NCBI GenBank assembly: GCA_945862225.1
Contig: CAMAXG010000001.1
Span: forward strand, 1-57,840
DNA length: 57,840 nucleotides
Source: Thermoflexus hugenholtzii JAD2
GTDB taxonomy: Bacteria; Chloroflexota; Limnocylindria; Limnocylindrales; Limnocylindraceae
Direction: 5' to 3'
Shown here: in pieces, positions 39,035 through 47,946 of the stretch
How positions within the stretch are numbered: the first letter of the stretch is position 1
Layout of the letters: each line of letters begins with the position of its first letter
The notes under the pieces: generated by a model
What the model saw: only the letters and a program-made list of their open reading frames with translations
What the model was told of the DNA's origin: nothing
Databases searched by the model: none
Made by a program: the position numbers and the translations under genes

Positions 39035-39610
39035 TTACTCCCCTTCGAGGGCTGGTACGGCCGGCTCATCGGTGCCGGGTGCCGGGGCCGTCTGACCCTT
39101 CTGTCGGGGTAATGCTACCAGTTGGATCGAGAGGAAGCGTCCTTCGAGGAGCGAGGGTCGCTCGAGCTGGGCCACATCGGCCAATCCCTGCACAACTCGG
39201 TCCAAAATGGCCCGACCAATCTCGGGGTGGGTCATCTCGCGGCCGCGGAACTTGACCGAGAATTTGACCCGGTCGCCCCCGGAGAGGAACTTATGGGCCT
39301 GGCGGATCTTGGTCTGCAGGTCGGCATCCCCGATCTTGGGGGTGCAACGCAGCTCCTTGAGGTCGGCAGTCTTCTGGCGCTTTCGAGCGTCCTGCTCCTT
39401 CTTCTGGGCCTCGTACTTGAATTTGCCGTAGTCGAGGTACTTACAGACAGGGGGGGCCGAGGTTGGGGCGATCTCTACGAGGTCTAGGCCGCGCTCCTGT
39501 GCCTGGCGCAGGGCTTCGGGGGTAGCGAGGACACCGAGCTGGTTCCCCTCTTCATCCAGAACGCGCACCTGCGGGACGCGGATCTGGGTATTGATGCGTA
39601 GATCCTTAAT
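39035..39610 (-). CDS. infC: Translation initiation factor IF-3 (ATT start codon)
   Basis: Conserved IKDLRINTQIRVPQVRVLDEEGNQLGV continues upstream of the track's GTG at 39568. ATT at 39610-39608 follows an in-frame TGA (39616-39614), and GAGGG lies about 9 nt upstream. Confidence 0.85.
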   Translation of the reverse strand: MKDLRINTQIRVPQVRVLDEEGNQLGVLATPEALRQAQERGLDLVEIAPTSAPPVCKYLDYGKFKYEAQKKEQDARKRQKTADLKELRCTPKIGDADLQTKIRQAHKFLSGGDRVKFSVKFRGREMTHPEIGRAILDRVVQGLADVAQLERPSLLEGRFLSIQLVALPRQKGQTAPAPGTDEPAVPALEGE

Positions 39611-39683
39611 CGGTCAGACCCTCACGATCATCAGCCTTGGACCCGAGGACTGCGTCCTTGCGGGGATAGCGAGCGTAGCACCC

Positions 39684-41525
39684 TCAGGCGGTACGAGCGG
39701 CGGCACGTGCCGCGAGGGCGGCGGCGAGGGCCTCCCAGCTGGTTGCGGGCTCCTGGGTGCCATCGCGCCAACGGGGCGCGGCACCGCCAGCCTCGATCTC
39801 CTTATCGCCCACGACCAGCATGAGCGGGACCTTCTGCTCCTGGGCCAAGCGAATCTTGTTCTGCATGCGGTTTGAGGAGTCATCAATGCTGACGCGAATA
39901 CCGGCGGCGCGCAGTACGGCGGCCCCCGCGGTGACGAATTCAAGGTGCCGGTCGGCAATTGGAATGATCACCACCTGCTCGGGAGCCAGCCAGAACGGGA
40001 AGGCGCCCGCGTAGTGCTCCACCAGGATGCCGATGAAGCGCTCCAGCGAGCCGTAGATTGCGCGGTGAATGGCAATTGGCCTGACGCGCTCCCCCGCCTC
40101 GTCGGTGTAGGTGAGGTCGAATCGCTCTGGAAGCATCACAAGGTCAACCTGCACGGTGGCGGTCTGCCATTCGCGCCCGAGCGCATCGCGAACGATGATG
40201 TCGATCTTCGGCGCATAGAACGCGCCGTCGCCGGCATTCAGGCGCCACTTTGCACCAGAGTCGCGCAGCGCCTTCTCGATCATTGATTCAGCCTTCTCCC
40301 AGAGCGCAGGGTCACCAAGCGCCTTTGCTGGCTTCGTTGAGAAAACAAACTCCACCGGAAGGTCGAACCATGCATAGACCTCACGCACCTCTTCTAGGAG
40401 TGCGGCAACCTCGGACTCAATCTGATCAGGGCGAACATAGATGTGGCCATCGTCTTGGATGAAGTGGCGAACGCGCGTGAGGCCGCTCAGCGTTCCCGAA
40501 AGTTCGTTGCGATGGAGGCGACCGTATTCAGAGAGTCGCAGTGGCAGATCACGATAGCTGCGAGTACGCGTTCGGTAGATCACGGTGCTCTCTGGGCAGT
40601 TCATCGGCTTCAGGCTGAACTCTTCACCCTCAGACTCGATGATGAACATGTTGTCGCGATAGAGATCCCAATGGCCTGACTGCTCCCAGAGGTGCTTGCT
40701 CACGACGATCGGGGTGGAGATCTCCTGATAGCCGCGTCGCTCTTGCATCTCGCGCATCGCCCCTTCGAGCGTGCGCCAGAGTCGTTGCCCCTTCGGGTGC
40801 CAGAAGGCGCTCCCGGGCGAGACGTCGTGGAACGAGAAGAGGTCCAGCGCGACGCCGAGTTTGCGATGATCGCGCTTGCGCGCCTCATCGCGACGCCAGA
40901 GGTACTGGTCGATCTGCTCTTGGGTTTCCCATGCGGTGCCATAGATGCGCTGCAGCATCGGTCGATCGTTCTTGCCGCGCCAGTAGGCCCCCGCAATGGA
41001 GAGCAACTTGAACGGACCGATCTTGCCCGTGCTCTCCACGTGCGGCCCGCGACAGAGATCTTGGAATTCGCCGTGCTGGTAGGTCGTCACGTTAGGTGAT
41101 GGCTTCCCCTCCGCGGCGGCAGCCTTGGCGAGGTCGTCCATGATTTCAATCTTGAAGAGTTGGTCTGCGCGCACCAGTGCTGCACGCTCATCGTCGAACG
41201 TGTGCTCGGCGAGCGCGAACGTGTGGTTCGCGGCAATGCTCTTGGCCATCTCGGCCTCAATCGCGGCGAGATCGTCTGGGGTGAGGGCTCGCTCTAGCAA
41301 GAAGTCGTAGTAGAAGCCGTCGGTGATCGCCGGACCAATGCCGAGCTTTGCGCCAGGGAAGAGGCGCATGACCGCTTCGGCCATGACGTGCGCCGCGGAG
41401 TGCCGCATTCGGCTGAGGTTGTCGCTCGCGCCGGCATCAAGGAGCTCTTCGGCGGAGCCGCGCGCGGGCGCTTCGAGGATCTCGTCAATCTCGACGACCT
41501 CTGCTGCCGCTACCTCGTCTGCCAT
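39684..41525 (-). CDS. thrS: Threonyl-tRNA synthetase (no recognisable N-terminal TGS domain)
   Basis: Editing-domain HSAAHVMAEAV and class II motifs (HRNELSGTLSGLTRVR). I prefer ATG at 41525, preceded by GGAGAGGGG. The alternative ATG at 41549 is only 8 nt from the tRNA-Val 3' end. Confidence 0.9.
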   Translation of the reverse strand: MADEVAAAEVVEIDEILEAPARGSAEELLDAGASDNLSRMRHSAAHVMAEAVMRLFPGAKLGIGPAITDGFYYDFLLERALTPDDLAAIEAEMAKSIAANHTFALAEHTFDDERAALVRADQLFKIEIMDDLAKAAAAEGKPSPNVTTYQHGEFQDLCRGPHVESTGKIGPFKLLSIAGAYWRGKNDRPMLQRIYGTAWETQEQIDQYLWRRDEARKRDHRKLGVALDLFSFHDVSPGSAFWHPKGQRLWRTLEGAMREMQERRGYQEISTPIVVSKHLWEQSGHWDLYRDNMFIIESEGEEFSLKPMNCPESTVIYRTRTRSYRDLPLRLSEYGRLHRNELSGTLSGLTRVRHFIQDDGHIYVRPDQIESEVAALLEEVREVYAWFDLPVEFVFSTKPAKALGDPALWEKAESMIEKALRDSGAKWRLNAGDGAFYAPKIDIIVRDALGREWQTATVQVDLVMLPERFDLTYTDEAGERVRPIAIHRAIYGSLERFIGILVEHYAGAFPFWLAPEQVVIIPIADRHLEFVTAGAAVLRAAGIRVSIDDSSNRMQNKIRLAQEQKVPLMLVVGDKEIEAGGAAPRWRDGTQEPATSWEALAAALAARAAARTA

Positions 41526-41556
41526 CCCTTGGACCCCTCTCCGCGCCATTACGTTC

Positions 41557-41633
41557 TGGTGGGCGGTACAGGACTCGAACCTGTGACCTCAGCCATGTCA
41601 AGGCTGCGCTCTAACCAACTGAGCTAACCGCCC
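41557..41633 (-). tRNA. tRNA-Val (anticodon GAC), CCA encoded
   Basis: Hand-folded cloverleaf: acceptor GGGCGGT/ACCGCCC, D arm GCTC..GAGC, anticodon stem CAGCC/GGCTG with loop TTGACAT, T arm ACAGG-TTCGAGT-CCTGT. Confidence 0.9.
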
Positions 41634-41667
41634 AAGGAGCCAGAGAATAGCCGATACACTCCCCCGC

Positions 41668-42573
41668 ATGATTGACCGAGCGAACCCAGCCGCCTTGACC
41701 CCACTGATCGTCTGTGTGGGCGACCTGATCGACGAGATTGCCGTGCGGCTGGACGCACCGTGGCGACGCGGCTCCGACGCCGCTGCCCAGATCACGCGAC
41801 GGCGCGGCGGAAGTGCTGCCAACGTCGCGGTGGCAGCCGTGGCCGCTGGGGGCTCCGCGCGCTTCATCGGCGCTGTTGGCGAAGACGCCACCGCGGAAGC
41901 CCTTGAGGCCGCTCTTCTGCGTGCTGGGGTGGAACCGCTCCTGCAGCGCGGCGGCCGCAGCGCCAGCATCGTGGTGGTGGTCGAGCCCGATGGCGAGCGC
42001 ACCATGCTCCCTGACCGCGCAGCCGCCCTCTCGCTGCGTGACCCGGGCCCAACTGCCCTGGCTGGCGGATCGTGGCTCCACGCACCCGCCTACTCGCTCC
42101 TCGGCGAGCCACTTGGGGAGACCACACGTCGCCTCTTCGCCCACGCCCGCGATGCGGGGATCCCGACGTCGCTTGATGCCTCGTCGGTTGGTGCGCTGAG
42201 TTCCTGGGGACCTGAAGAGAGTCGCCGCCAGTTTGCTGAACTCGCCCCAACGCTCGTGTTCGCCAACGAAGAGGAGTGTGACTATCTCGACCTTATCGAT
42301 CGCCCACTCCCGGGCTCCATCCTCATCGCGAAGCACGGCGCAGGAATCGCTGAGGTGCGCTCGGCGAGTGGCGAGCAGATTGCGTCGCTCCCCGCACATC
42401 CACTCTCAGCAGGCATTGACAGCACGGGTGCTGGCGACGCGTTTGCCGGTGGTCTCTTGGTTGCGCGAGCGCGCGGCAAATCGTGGGAGGATGCACTAGC
42501 CGCAGGCCACGATGCTGCTGCGGGACATCTGCAGCGACAGGCGGCGCAGAGCGAAGAGCGGGAGGCGAAATGA
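41668..42573 (+). CDS. PfkB-family carbohydrate/nucleoside kinase (likely pseudouridine kinase)
   Basis: Ribokinase-like DSTGAGDAFAGG motif. The stop overlaps the start of psuG (ATGA). Confidence 0.7.
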   Translation: MIDRANPAALTPLIVCVGDLIDEIAVRLDAPWRRGSDAAAQITRRRGGSAANVAVAAVAAGGSARFIGAVGEDATAEALEAALLRAGVEPLLQRGGRSASIVVVVEPDGERTMLPDRAAALSLRDPGPTALAGGSWLHAPAYSLLGEPLGETTRRLFAHARDAGIPTSLDASSVGALSSWGPEESRRQFAELAPTLVFANEEECDYLDLIDRPLPGSILIAKHGAGIAEVRSASGEQIASLPAHPLSAGIDSTGAGDAFAGGLLVARARGKSWEDALAAGHDAAAGHLQRQAAQSEEREAK

Positions 42574-43472
42574 AGGTACGTCAGTCAGCCGAGGTTGCGG
42601 CCGCGCTCGCCTCTGGTAAACCCGTCGTCGCTTTGGAATCAACCATCACCTCAAAGATGGGCCTCCCCGCCCCCTACAACCGTGAGTGCTTTGATCGCGT
42701 GAACGCGGCGATTCGCGCTGCTGGTGCTGTACCTGCTGTGACGGCCGTCATCGATGGCGAACTCTGGGCGGGCATTGAGCCGCACCATGAGGCGCTGGTT
42801 CTCGCCGCTGATGAGAAGCTCGCCGAGCGCGATCTCCCTGTTGCAATGGCAGCGAAGCGAACGGGCGTCACCACCGTCTCCGCGACGGTCACGATTGCTG
42901 GACTCGCGGGGATCGGCGTCTTTGCGACAGGCGGAATCGGCGGCGTCCACCGCGGCGCTGAACTGAACTTCGATGTGTCATCCGATCTTGGTGCGATGTC
43001 GCGCCATCCGGTGATCGTGGTGAGTGCGGGCGCCAAGGCATTCCTCGATCTGCCGAAAACCCTTGAGGTGCTTGAGACGCTGAGTGTTCCCGTGATCGGC
43101 TACCAAACCAGCTACTTCCCCGCCTTCTGGAGCCGCAGCAGCGGCCTCGCACTGAGCCATCGCGTTGAGAGCGCAACAGAGATTGCCGCGATTGCCAAGG
43201 CGAACAGCAGACTCGGTTGGCGCGGTGGGATGCTCGTCGCCAACCCGATCCCGGCTGCTGCCGAAATTCCTGCAGCAGAGATCGCCGATGCAATTGCGAC
43301 GGGGCTTGCTGAGGCTGAGCGGGCTGGCGCCATTGGTCCGAAGGCCACCCCAAAGATTTTGGCGGCAATCGCCGCCGCTACAGATTCGCGCTCAATCCCC
43401 GCCAACCTGGCGCTTGCGGAGTCGAACGCTCGCCTCGCTGGGGAGATCGCCGTCGCCCTGCTGCGCGGCTAG
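42570..43472 (+). CDS. psuG: Pseudouridine-5'-phosphate glycosidase
   Basis: VVALESTI N-terminal motif, GGIGGVHRG. ATG at 42570 is preceded by GGGAGG. The track start at 42483 overlaps the kinase gene in another frame. Confidence 0.85.
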   Translation: MKVRQSAEVAAALASGKPVVALESTITSKMGLPAPYNRECFDRVNAAIRAAGAVPAVTAVIDGELWAGIEPHHEALVLAADEKLAERDLPVAMAAKRTGVTTVSATVTIAGLAGIGVFATGGIGGVHRGAELNFDVSSDLGAMSRHPVIVVSAGAKAFLDLPKTLEVLETLSVPVIGYQTSYFPAFWSRSSGLALSHRVESATEIAAIAKANSRLGWRGGMLVANPIPAAAEIPAAEIADAIATGLAEAERAGAIGPKATPKILAAIAAATDSRSIPANLALAESNARLAGEIAVALLRG

Positions 43473-43485
43473 CCCGCGCGAACCG

Positions 43486-44826
43486 CTATGCGCGCGCTGG
43501 TCGCCGCGGCCCGCGCACGATTGAGGCCAGCGCCACGAGCACAATGACGACACCGACGCCGAGAAGCGTATTGGTTGCCCCAACCGCATCAGCAATTGGG
43601 CCAACAGCAATGATCGGCACGAAGCTGCCGAGGCTGACGAGCATGTTCAAGACGCCGAAGACGCGCCCACGCACCTCTTCTGGCAGCTCCTCTTGTAGCG
43701 CGGTTTGAGCAGGGATCGCCACAAGCCCGTACGCCACGCCCGCAAAGTAGGCGACAAAGATCACCGTCGCGAGGGTCGAAGCGCCCGCATCGAGTGGTAG
43801 CTCGCCCAACAGTTGTGCGCCGTCGGAGATAGCGCGGCTGATCGGTACGGCGAGGGCGAGCAGAGCGAGGCCTGCACCGACGCCAAAGAGCCCCCCTTCG
43901 ATGAGGCGGCGGCGCGGCAGGCTCGCACCCCAGCTGTTGAGCGCCAGGATGCCGGTCACGACACCGAGGCCGATCGGCAGCACCACCAACCAGAAATCGC
44001 GTGCATCAAGGCCGAGGGAATCACGCACGTAGTCGGGTCCAAGGACCCCCATGACGCCCACAACGCTGGCAGCGATCGCGAGGTACGCCAGCGACCAGAG
44101 GACGGAGCTGTGACGCCACATGAATCGCAGACCTTCGACTAGCTCACTCGTGGTGGTTCGAGTGGCTTGCGTTGTATTGGATCGCATGTTGCCGGCCAGC
44201 TTTGATGGTGGCGCTGCTGGTAGTCCGAAGCAGAGCAGCCCAGCGAGCAGGAAGAGGACGGCGACGAGAATGATGGAGGCTTCTGGACCGGCGATGCGCA
44301 CCACCGCTGGTCCAAGCAGGGCGAACCCCAACGCAAACGCGGCATTCAGCGTGAAGGTGAAGAGCCCGTTTGCAGAGGTCAGCTGTTCGCGACGAACCAG
44401 CAGCGGGATCATCGCGAGTTCGGCGGGTGCGAAGAGGGTCGTCATGATGCTGGCCAAGATATTGAGCAAGAGCACGATGCCCAGGGCGTCAGCACTCCCC
44501 AGCATCAGGAAGAAGGCGCCAGCTCGGGTCAGGTTGGCCACGATGAGCACCAGTCGCTTGTCGAGTCGATCCACCCATACGCCCGCAATTGGCGAAAGGA
44601 GAACGGCTGGGACCAGGAAGCTCAAGAAGAGGGCGCTGAGCGTTGAGGTTGAGCCGCTTCGCTCGGCGACGAGCACCGTGAGCCCATAGAGCACGACGTT
44701 GCCACCGATCTGGGTAAAGAGCTGGGCAATCCAGAGACGCAGGAACGCCCCGTTCCGCAGCACCCCAACATCAGGTGGCTGTTGGAAGTCCGGGATCTCT
44801 TTCTGCATCCGTGATGCTTCGCTCAT
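43486..44826 (-). CDS. MFS transporter
   Basis: 446 aa with about 12 hydrophobic segments. WVDRLDKRL loop motif typical of MFS loop 2-3. Confidence 0.75.
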   Translation of the reverse strand: MSEASRMQKEIPDFQQPPDVGVLRNGAFLRLWIAQLFTQIGGNVVLYGLTVLVAERSGSTSTLSALFLSFLVPAVLLSPIAGVWVDRLDKRLVLIVANLTRAGAFFLMLGSADALGIVLLLNILASIMTTLFAPAELAMIPLLVRREQLTSANGLFTFTLNAAFALGFALLGPAVVRIAGPEASIILVAVLFLLAGLLCFGLPAAPPSKLAGNMRSNTTQATRTTTSELVEGLRFMWRHSSVLWSLAYLAIAASVVGVMGVLGPDYVRDSLGLDARDFWLVVLPIGLGVVTGILALNSWGASLPRRRLIEGGLFGVGAGLALLALAVPISRAISDGAQLLGELPLDAGASTLATVIFVAYFAGVAYGLVAIPAQTALQEELPEEVRGRVFGVLNMLVSLGSFVPIIAVGPIADAVGATNTLLGVGVVIVLVALASIVRGPRRPARA

Positions 44827-44860
44827 CGTGACCTCCTCGCCTGTTCCCCTGCTCGCCTCG

Positions 44861-44936
44861 TGGTGCCCCCGGCCGGAATCGAACCGACGACGCCCGCCTT
44901 AGGACGGCGGCGCTCTATCCACTGAGCTACAGGGGC
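44861..44936 (-). tRNA. tRNA-Arg (anticodon CCT), CCA encoded
   Basis: Hand-folded: acceptor GCCCCTG/CGGGGGC (one G-U pair), D arm GCTC..GAGC, anticodon stem CCGCC/GGCGG with loop GTCCTAA, T arm GTCGG-TTCGATT-CCGGC. Confidence 0.8.
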
Positions 44937-44977
44937 CCCCCGTAGGGTATCTGAACGCGGCGTGGGAGAATACCCGC

Positions 44978-45250
44978 ATGGAGCAGACCCTCATCACGCT
45001 CTACGGTCGCCCAGGGTGCGAACTCTGTGAGAGCACAGAGGCGATCGTGCGCACACTCATCGCCGAAGGGGGCTCTCGCCTCACCCTCAGCGTGGTGAAC
45101 ATTGAGGAGGACCCAACGATGCATGCGCGGCTTCTTGAGCAGATCCCCGCACTCGAAGTAGCGGGTAAACTCTTGCCACTCGCTCTCAGCCGGATGCAGA
45201 TTGCCGCACATGTGCGCAGCGCCGTAGGAGCCGTTGATGGAAAGCGTTAA
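44978..45250 (+). CDS. Glutaredoxin-like small thioredoxin-fold protein (DUF836-like)
   Basis: 90 aa. LYGRPGCELCE CxxC motif near the N-terminus. Confidence 0.6.
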   Translation: MEQTLITLYGRPGCELCESTEAIVRTLIAEGGSRLTLSVVNIEEDPTMHARLLEQIPALEVAGKLLPLALSRMQIAAHVRSAVGAVDGKR

Positions 45251-45929
45251 CGCCCTTACGGCACTTCTCGCGGGTGCGCTGAGCTTCCTCTCGCCCTGCG
45301 TGCTCCCGATCGTCCCCGCCTATCTCGGTCGTCTCGCCGCGCTCAGTGCCGGAACATCACGCATGCGTCACGCGCTTCTCTTCACCACTGGGTTTAGCGT
45401 GATCTTTATCGCCCTCGGCGTTAGCGCCGGCTACGTCGGTGGCGCCGCCGGGCGACTCCTGCCGATCTTGCAGATCCCAGTGGGTGTTGCAGTGACGGTT
45501 GGCGGCCTGCACCTTGCTGGCCTTCTGCGCATTCCGCAGCTCGACCGCATGCGCGCACCGACACCGATCCTGCGCGGCGGCTACCTCGGCAGCCTACTGC
45601 TCGGCGCCGCCTTCGCCATCGCCTGGACACCCTGCATCGGTGTCGTCCTTGGGGCGATCCTCGGAATCGCGGCCGCTGGAAGCAACCCTGCTGGCGCTGC
45701 GCTGCTGCTGGCGCTCTACAGCGTCGGTCTCGCACTCCCCTTCTTGGCCTTGGCAGCCGTAGCTGATCGCAGTCCCGCTGCGCTGCAGCGAATCCTGAGT
45801 CGGCTTCGCGGTGGAACGCGAATCGCTGGCATCGTCGGAGGTCTTCTCGTTGCAGCGATTGGAATCCTCATTGCCACTGGCGGCCTCACGTTGCTGTCGC
45901 GCATCATGCCTGGGCTCCCCGGCCTGTGA
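45237..45929 (+). CDS. ccdA: Cytochrome c biogenesis / thiol-disulfide transporter CcdA (DsbD family)
   Basis: LSFLSPCVLPIVPAYL and a second conserved Cys (WTPCIG). Polytopic membrane protein. Confidence 0.8.
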   Translation: MESVNALTALLAGALSFLSPCVLPIVPAYLGRLAALSAGTSRMRHALLFTTGFSVIFIALGVSAGYVGGAAGRLLPILQIPVGVAVTVGGLHLAGLLRIPQLDRMRAPTPILRGGYLGSLLLGAAFAIAWTPCIGVVLGAILGIAAAGSNPAGAALLLALYSVGLALPFLALAAVADRSPAALQRILSRLRGGTRIAGIVGGLLVAAIGILIATGGLTLLSRIMPGLPGL

Positions 45930-46513
45930 TCGGACCATTTTCGCGCCGCAGCTTCGGAGCAATCGGAGCAGCGGCGGCCATGCTCGCACTTCTCCTTCTG
46001 CTCTCTCGAACGAACATCCCAACGGGCGCTGCAACGCCGAGCGGTCTCTACGTCGTTGATCCAAACGCAACCGGAATCAAGGTTGGCGCAACCTTTGTGA
46101 TCCCTGCCGCTCAACCTGTGGCTGGTGGAGGTGTCTTTGCAGATGCGCAGGCGGCACTCCCAGCCCCACGCCTTGTGATCATTGACCTCTTTGCCACCTG
46201 GTGTCCGCCCTGCCAGCAGGAGACTCCGGTGCTGCGCTCGCTCGCAGCAACGTACGGCGATCGCGGCCTTCAGGTGATTGGCATCTCGGTTGGTGAACTC
46301 CCATCGACCGTTGCGGCATATGCGGAGCGCTATCAGCTCGGCTATCTACTCTTGGTCGACGTCAACAGCGAGCTCTTTCGCGCCGCTGGCGCTGGTGGAA
46401 TTCCAACGAAGCTCATCCTTGATGCCGATGGCCGCGTCCTTCGCGTCGTAACGGGGCCACTGACGAACGAAGCAGCCACCGCGCTGGTGGAGGAGCTGCT
46501 CCCTACTCGCTAA
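45926..46513 (+). CDS. TlpA/ResA-type membrane-anchored thiol-disulfide oxidoreductase
   Basis: N-terminal anchor, FATWCPPCQQE thioredoxin motif. GTGA overlap with ccdA. Confidence 0.8.
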   Translation: MIGPFSRRSFGAIGAAAAMLALLLLLSRTNIPTGAATPSGLYVVDPNATGIKVGATFVIPAAQPVAGGGVFADAQAALPAPRLVIIDLFATWCPPCQQETPVLRSLAATYGDRGLQVIGISVGELPSTVAAYAERYQLGYLLLVDVNSELFRAAGAGGIPTKLILDADGRVLRVVTGPLTNEAATALVEELLPTR

Positions 46514-47366
46514 CGAATCGGAAGCGATCGCGGTCAGCAACGATCCGGCCGACGGGAGTCTGTACCTCATGACTCATGACCACCAGCCACTCACCCGCCG
46601 CCGCCTCGGCGAAAATGGAGGCCTTCGCATCGACAGAGACCCACGCCTCGTCGTCGTACGCCGTCACCCAGCGTGGGTTCGCCTGCCATGGGCGCATGAA
46701 GAGATCACCAAGAAAGAGGAGTGTTCTCTCGCGACCGCGCACGATCGTGGCCTGGGAGCCTGGTGTGTGCCCACCCAGTCGGCGCAGCGTGATCGTTGGG
46801 GTGAGCTCCAGCGTGCCGTCAAACGAGCGCGGTGCCGTTGCGCTAAAGAGGCGCGTCAGGCCGGGGACGTCGTATGCGGCACGCGCGCGAAGGGATCCGC
46901 TCGCTACGGCTGCGATCTCACGATCGGGAGCAACGATCTGGGCGTTCGCAAAGGCAGCAGCGCCATGCTGGTCTACCAGCCCACCAGCATGGTCTCGGTG
47001 TAGGTGGCTCGGCACAATGCTGGCGATCCGCTCAATATCAATCCCAGCGCTGACCAACGCTTCGCGGGCAGAGCGCGAATCGGTATCCGCGTCACTAACC
47101 TGAGTGCCTGCTGGCACTGCACCGGTCTCTAGGAGCACCGCGCCACTCGCGTCGCTCACATGCAAGATGTTAAGCGCCTGCAAGAGGCGGGATCGTGCGT
47201 CAAGTTCGCTCGCTACCATCGGCGCCCAGGTCTCCTGGGGAACTGGACCGAAGATCGCTCCTGCGTCGCTCCAGAAGGTTCCGATTCGAAGCAGGTCGAC
47301 CGTGATCCCCCCGAGATCAATGCTGCGACGTTCAGTCACGAGGCTTGGCGACCCTCGCTCCGTCAT
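46503..47366 (-). CDS. MBL-fold metallo-hydrolase (start uncertain: ATG 47366 or GTG 47339)
   Basis: SHLHRDHAGG (HxHxDH). The upstream part of the track ORF overlaps dcd and looks non-coding (Arg/Ala-rich). Confidence 0.7.
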   Translation of the reverse strand: MTERGSPSLVTERRSIDLGGITVDLLRIGTFWSDAGAIFGPVPQETWAPMVASELDARSRLLQALNILHVSDASGAVLLETGAVPAGTQVSDADTDSRSAREALVSAGIDIERIASIVPSHLHRDHAGGLVDQHGAAAFANAQIVAPDREIAAVASGSLRARAAYDVPGLTRLFSATAPRSFDGTLELTPTITLRRLGGHTPGSQATIVRGRERTLLFLGDLFMRPWQANPRWVTAYDDEAWVSVDAKASIFAEAAAGEWLVVMSHEVQTPVGRIVADRDRFRFVSE

Positions 47367-47946
47367 GCGCCTGCCGTTCGTCATCAAATCCAACGTGCGC
47401 TGCGGACGCCGTTGGTTCTGTTTGGCCCTGATAGCGGCTGCGCAGTTCGCTGCTGCCGTACGGACGCTCAACCTCTGAGGACATGCGGTGGAACGAGATC
47501 TGACCGATGCGCATTCCCGGATAGAGCGCAATTGGTAGTCGGGCAACGTTGCCCAGCTCCAACGTCAAGTTTCCTACCCAGCCTGGATCAACATATCCAG
47601 CGGTGGAGTGAATCAGCAAGCCGAGTCGTCCGAGTGATGACTTCCCATCCAGACGTCCGAGCAGCGAGTTTCCTAGCGAAATCTTCTCGCGCGTTTGGCC
47701 GAGCACAAACTCACCTGGGTGCAGCATGAACTGCTCGCCATCGGCAACGCGCTCAATCTCGGTGAGGTCCGGCTGCTCTACGCGTGGATCAATGAAGCCG
47801 TAGCGATTATTGCGAAAGACACGGAACGTACCGTCAAGATGAAGGTCGACCGAGGCCGGCTGCACATCCACCGCATCAAATGGCGCAATCGCGATCTCGC
47901 CTGCTGCGATCGCGGTCAGGATGTCGCGATCAGAGAGAACGCTCAT
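47332..47946 (-). CDS. dcd: dCTP deaminase (dUTPase-superfamily)
   Basis: MSVLSDRDILTAI N-terminus, GYVDPGWVGNLTLEL. ATGA overlap with the nrdR stop. Confidence 0.9.
   Translation of the reverse strand: MSVLSDRDILTAIAAGEIAIAPFDAVDVQPASVDLHLDGTFRVFRNNRYGFIDPRVEQPDLTEIERVADGEQFMLHPGEFVLGQTREKISLGNSLLGRLDGKSSLGRLGLLIHSTAGYVDPGWVGNLTLELGNVARLPIALYPGMRIGQISFHRMSSEVERPYGSSELRSRYQGQTEPTASAAHVGFDDERQAHDGARVAKPRD

Noticed and set aside
47367-47546. The N-terminal 60-codon extension of the MBL hydrolase ORF overlapping the 3' end of dcd.
   Set aside because: The extension is Arg/Ala/Cys-rich with no MBL homology and overlaps the well-supported dcd frame by more than 200 nt. The internal starts (ATG 47366, GTG 47339) sit at the dcd stop.
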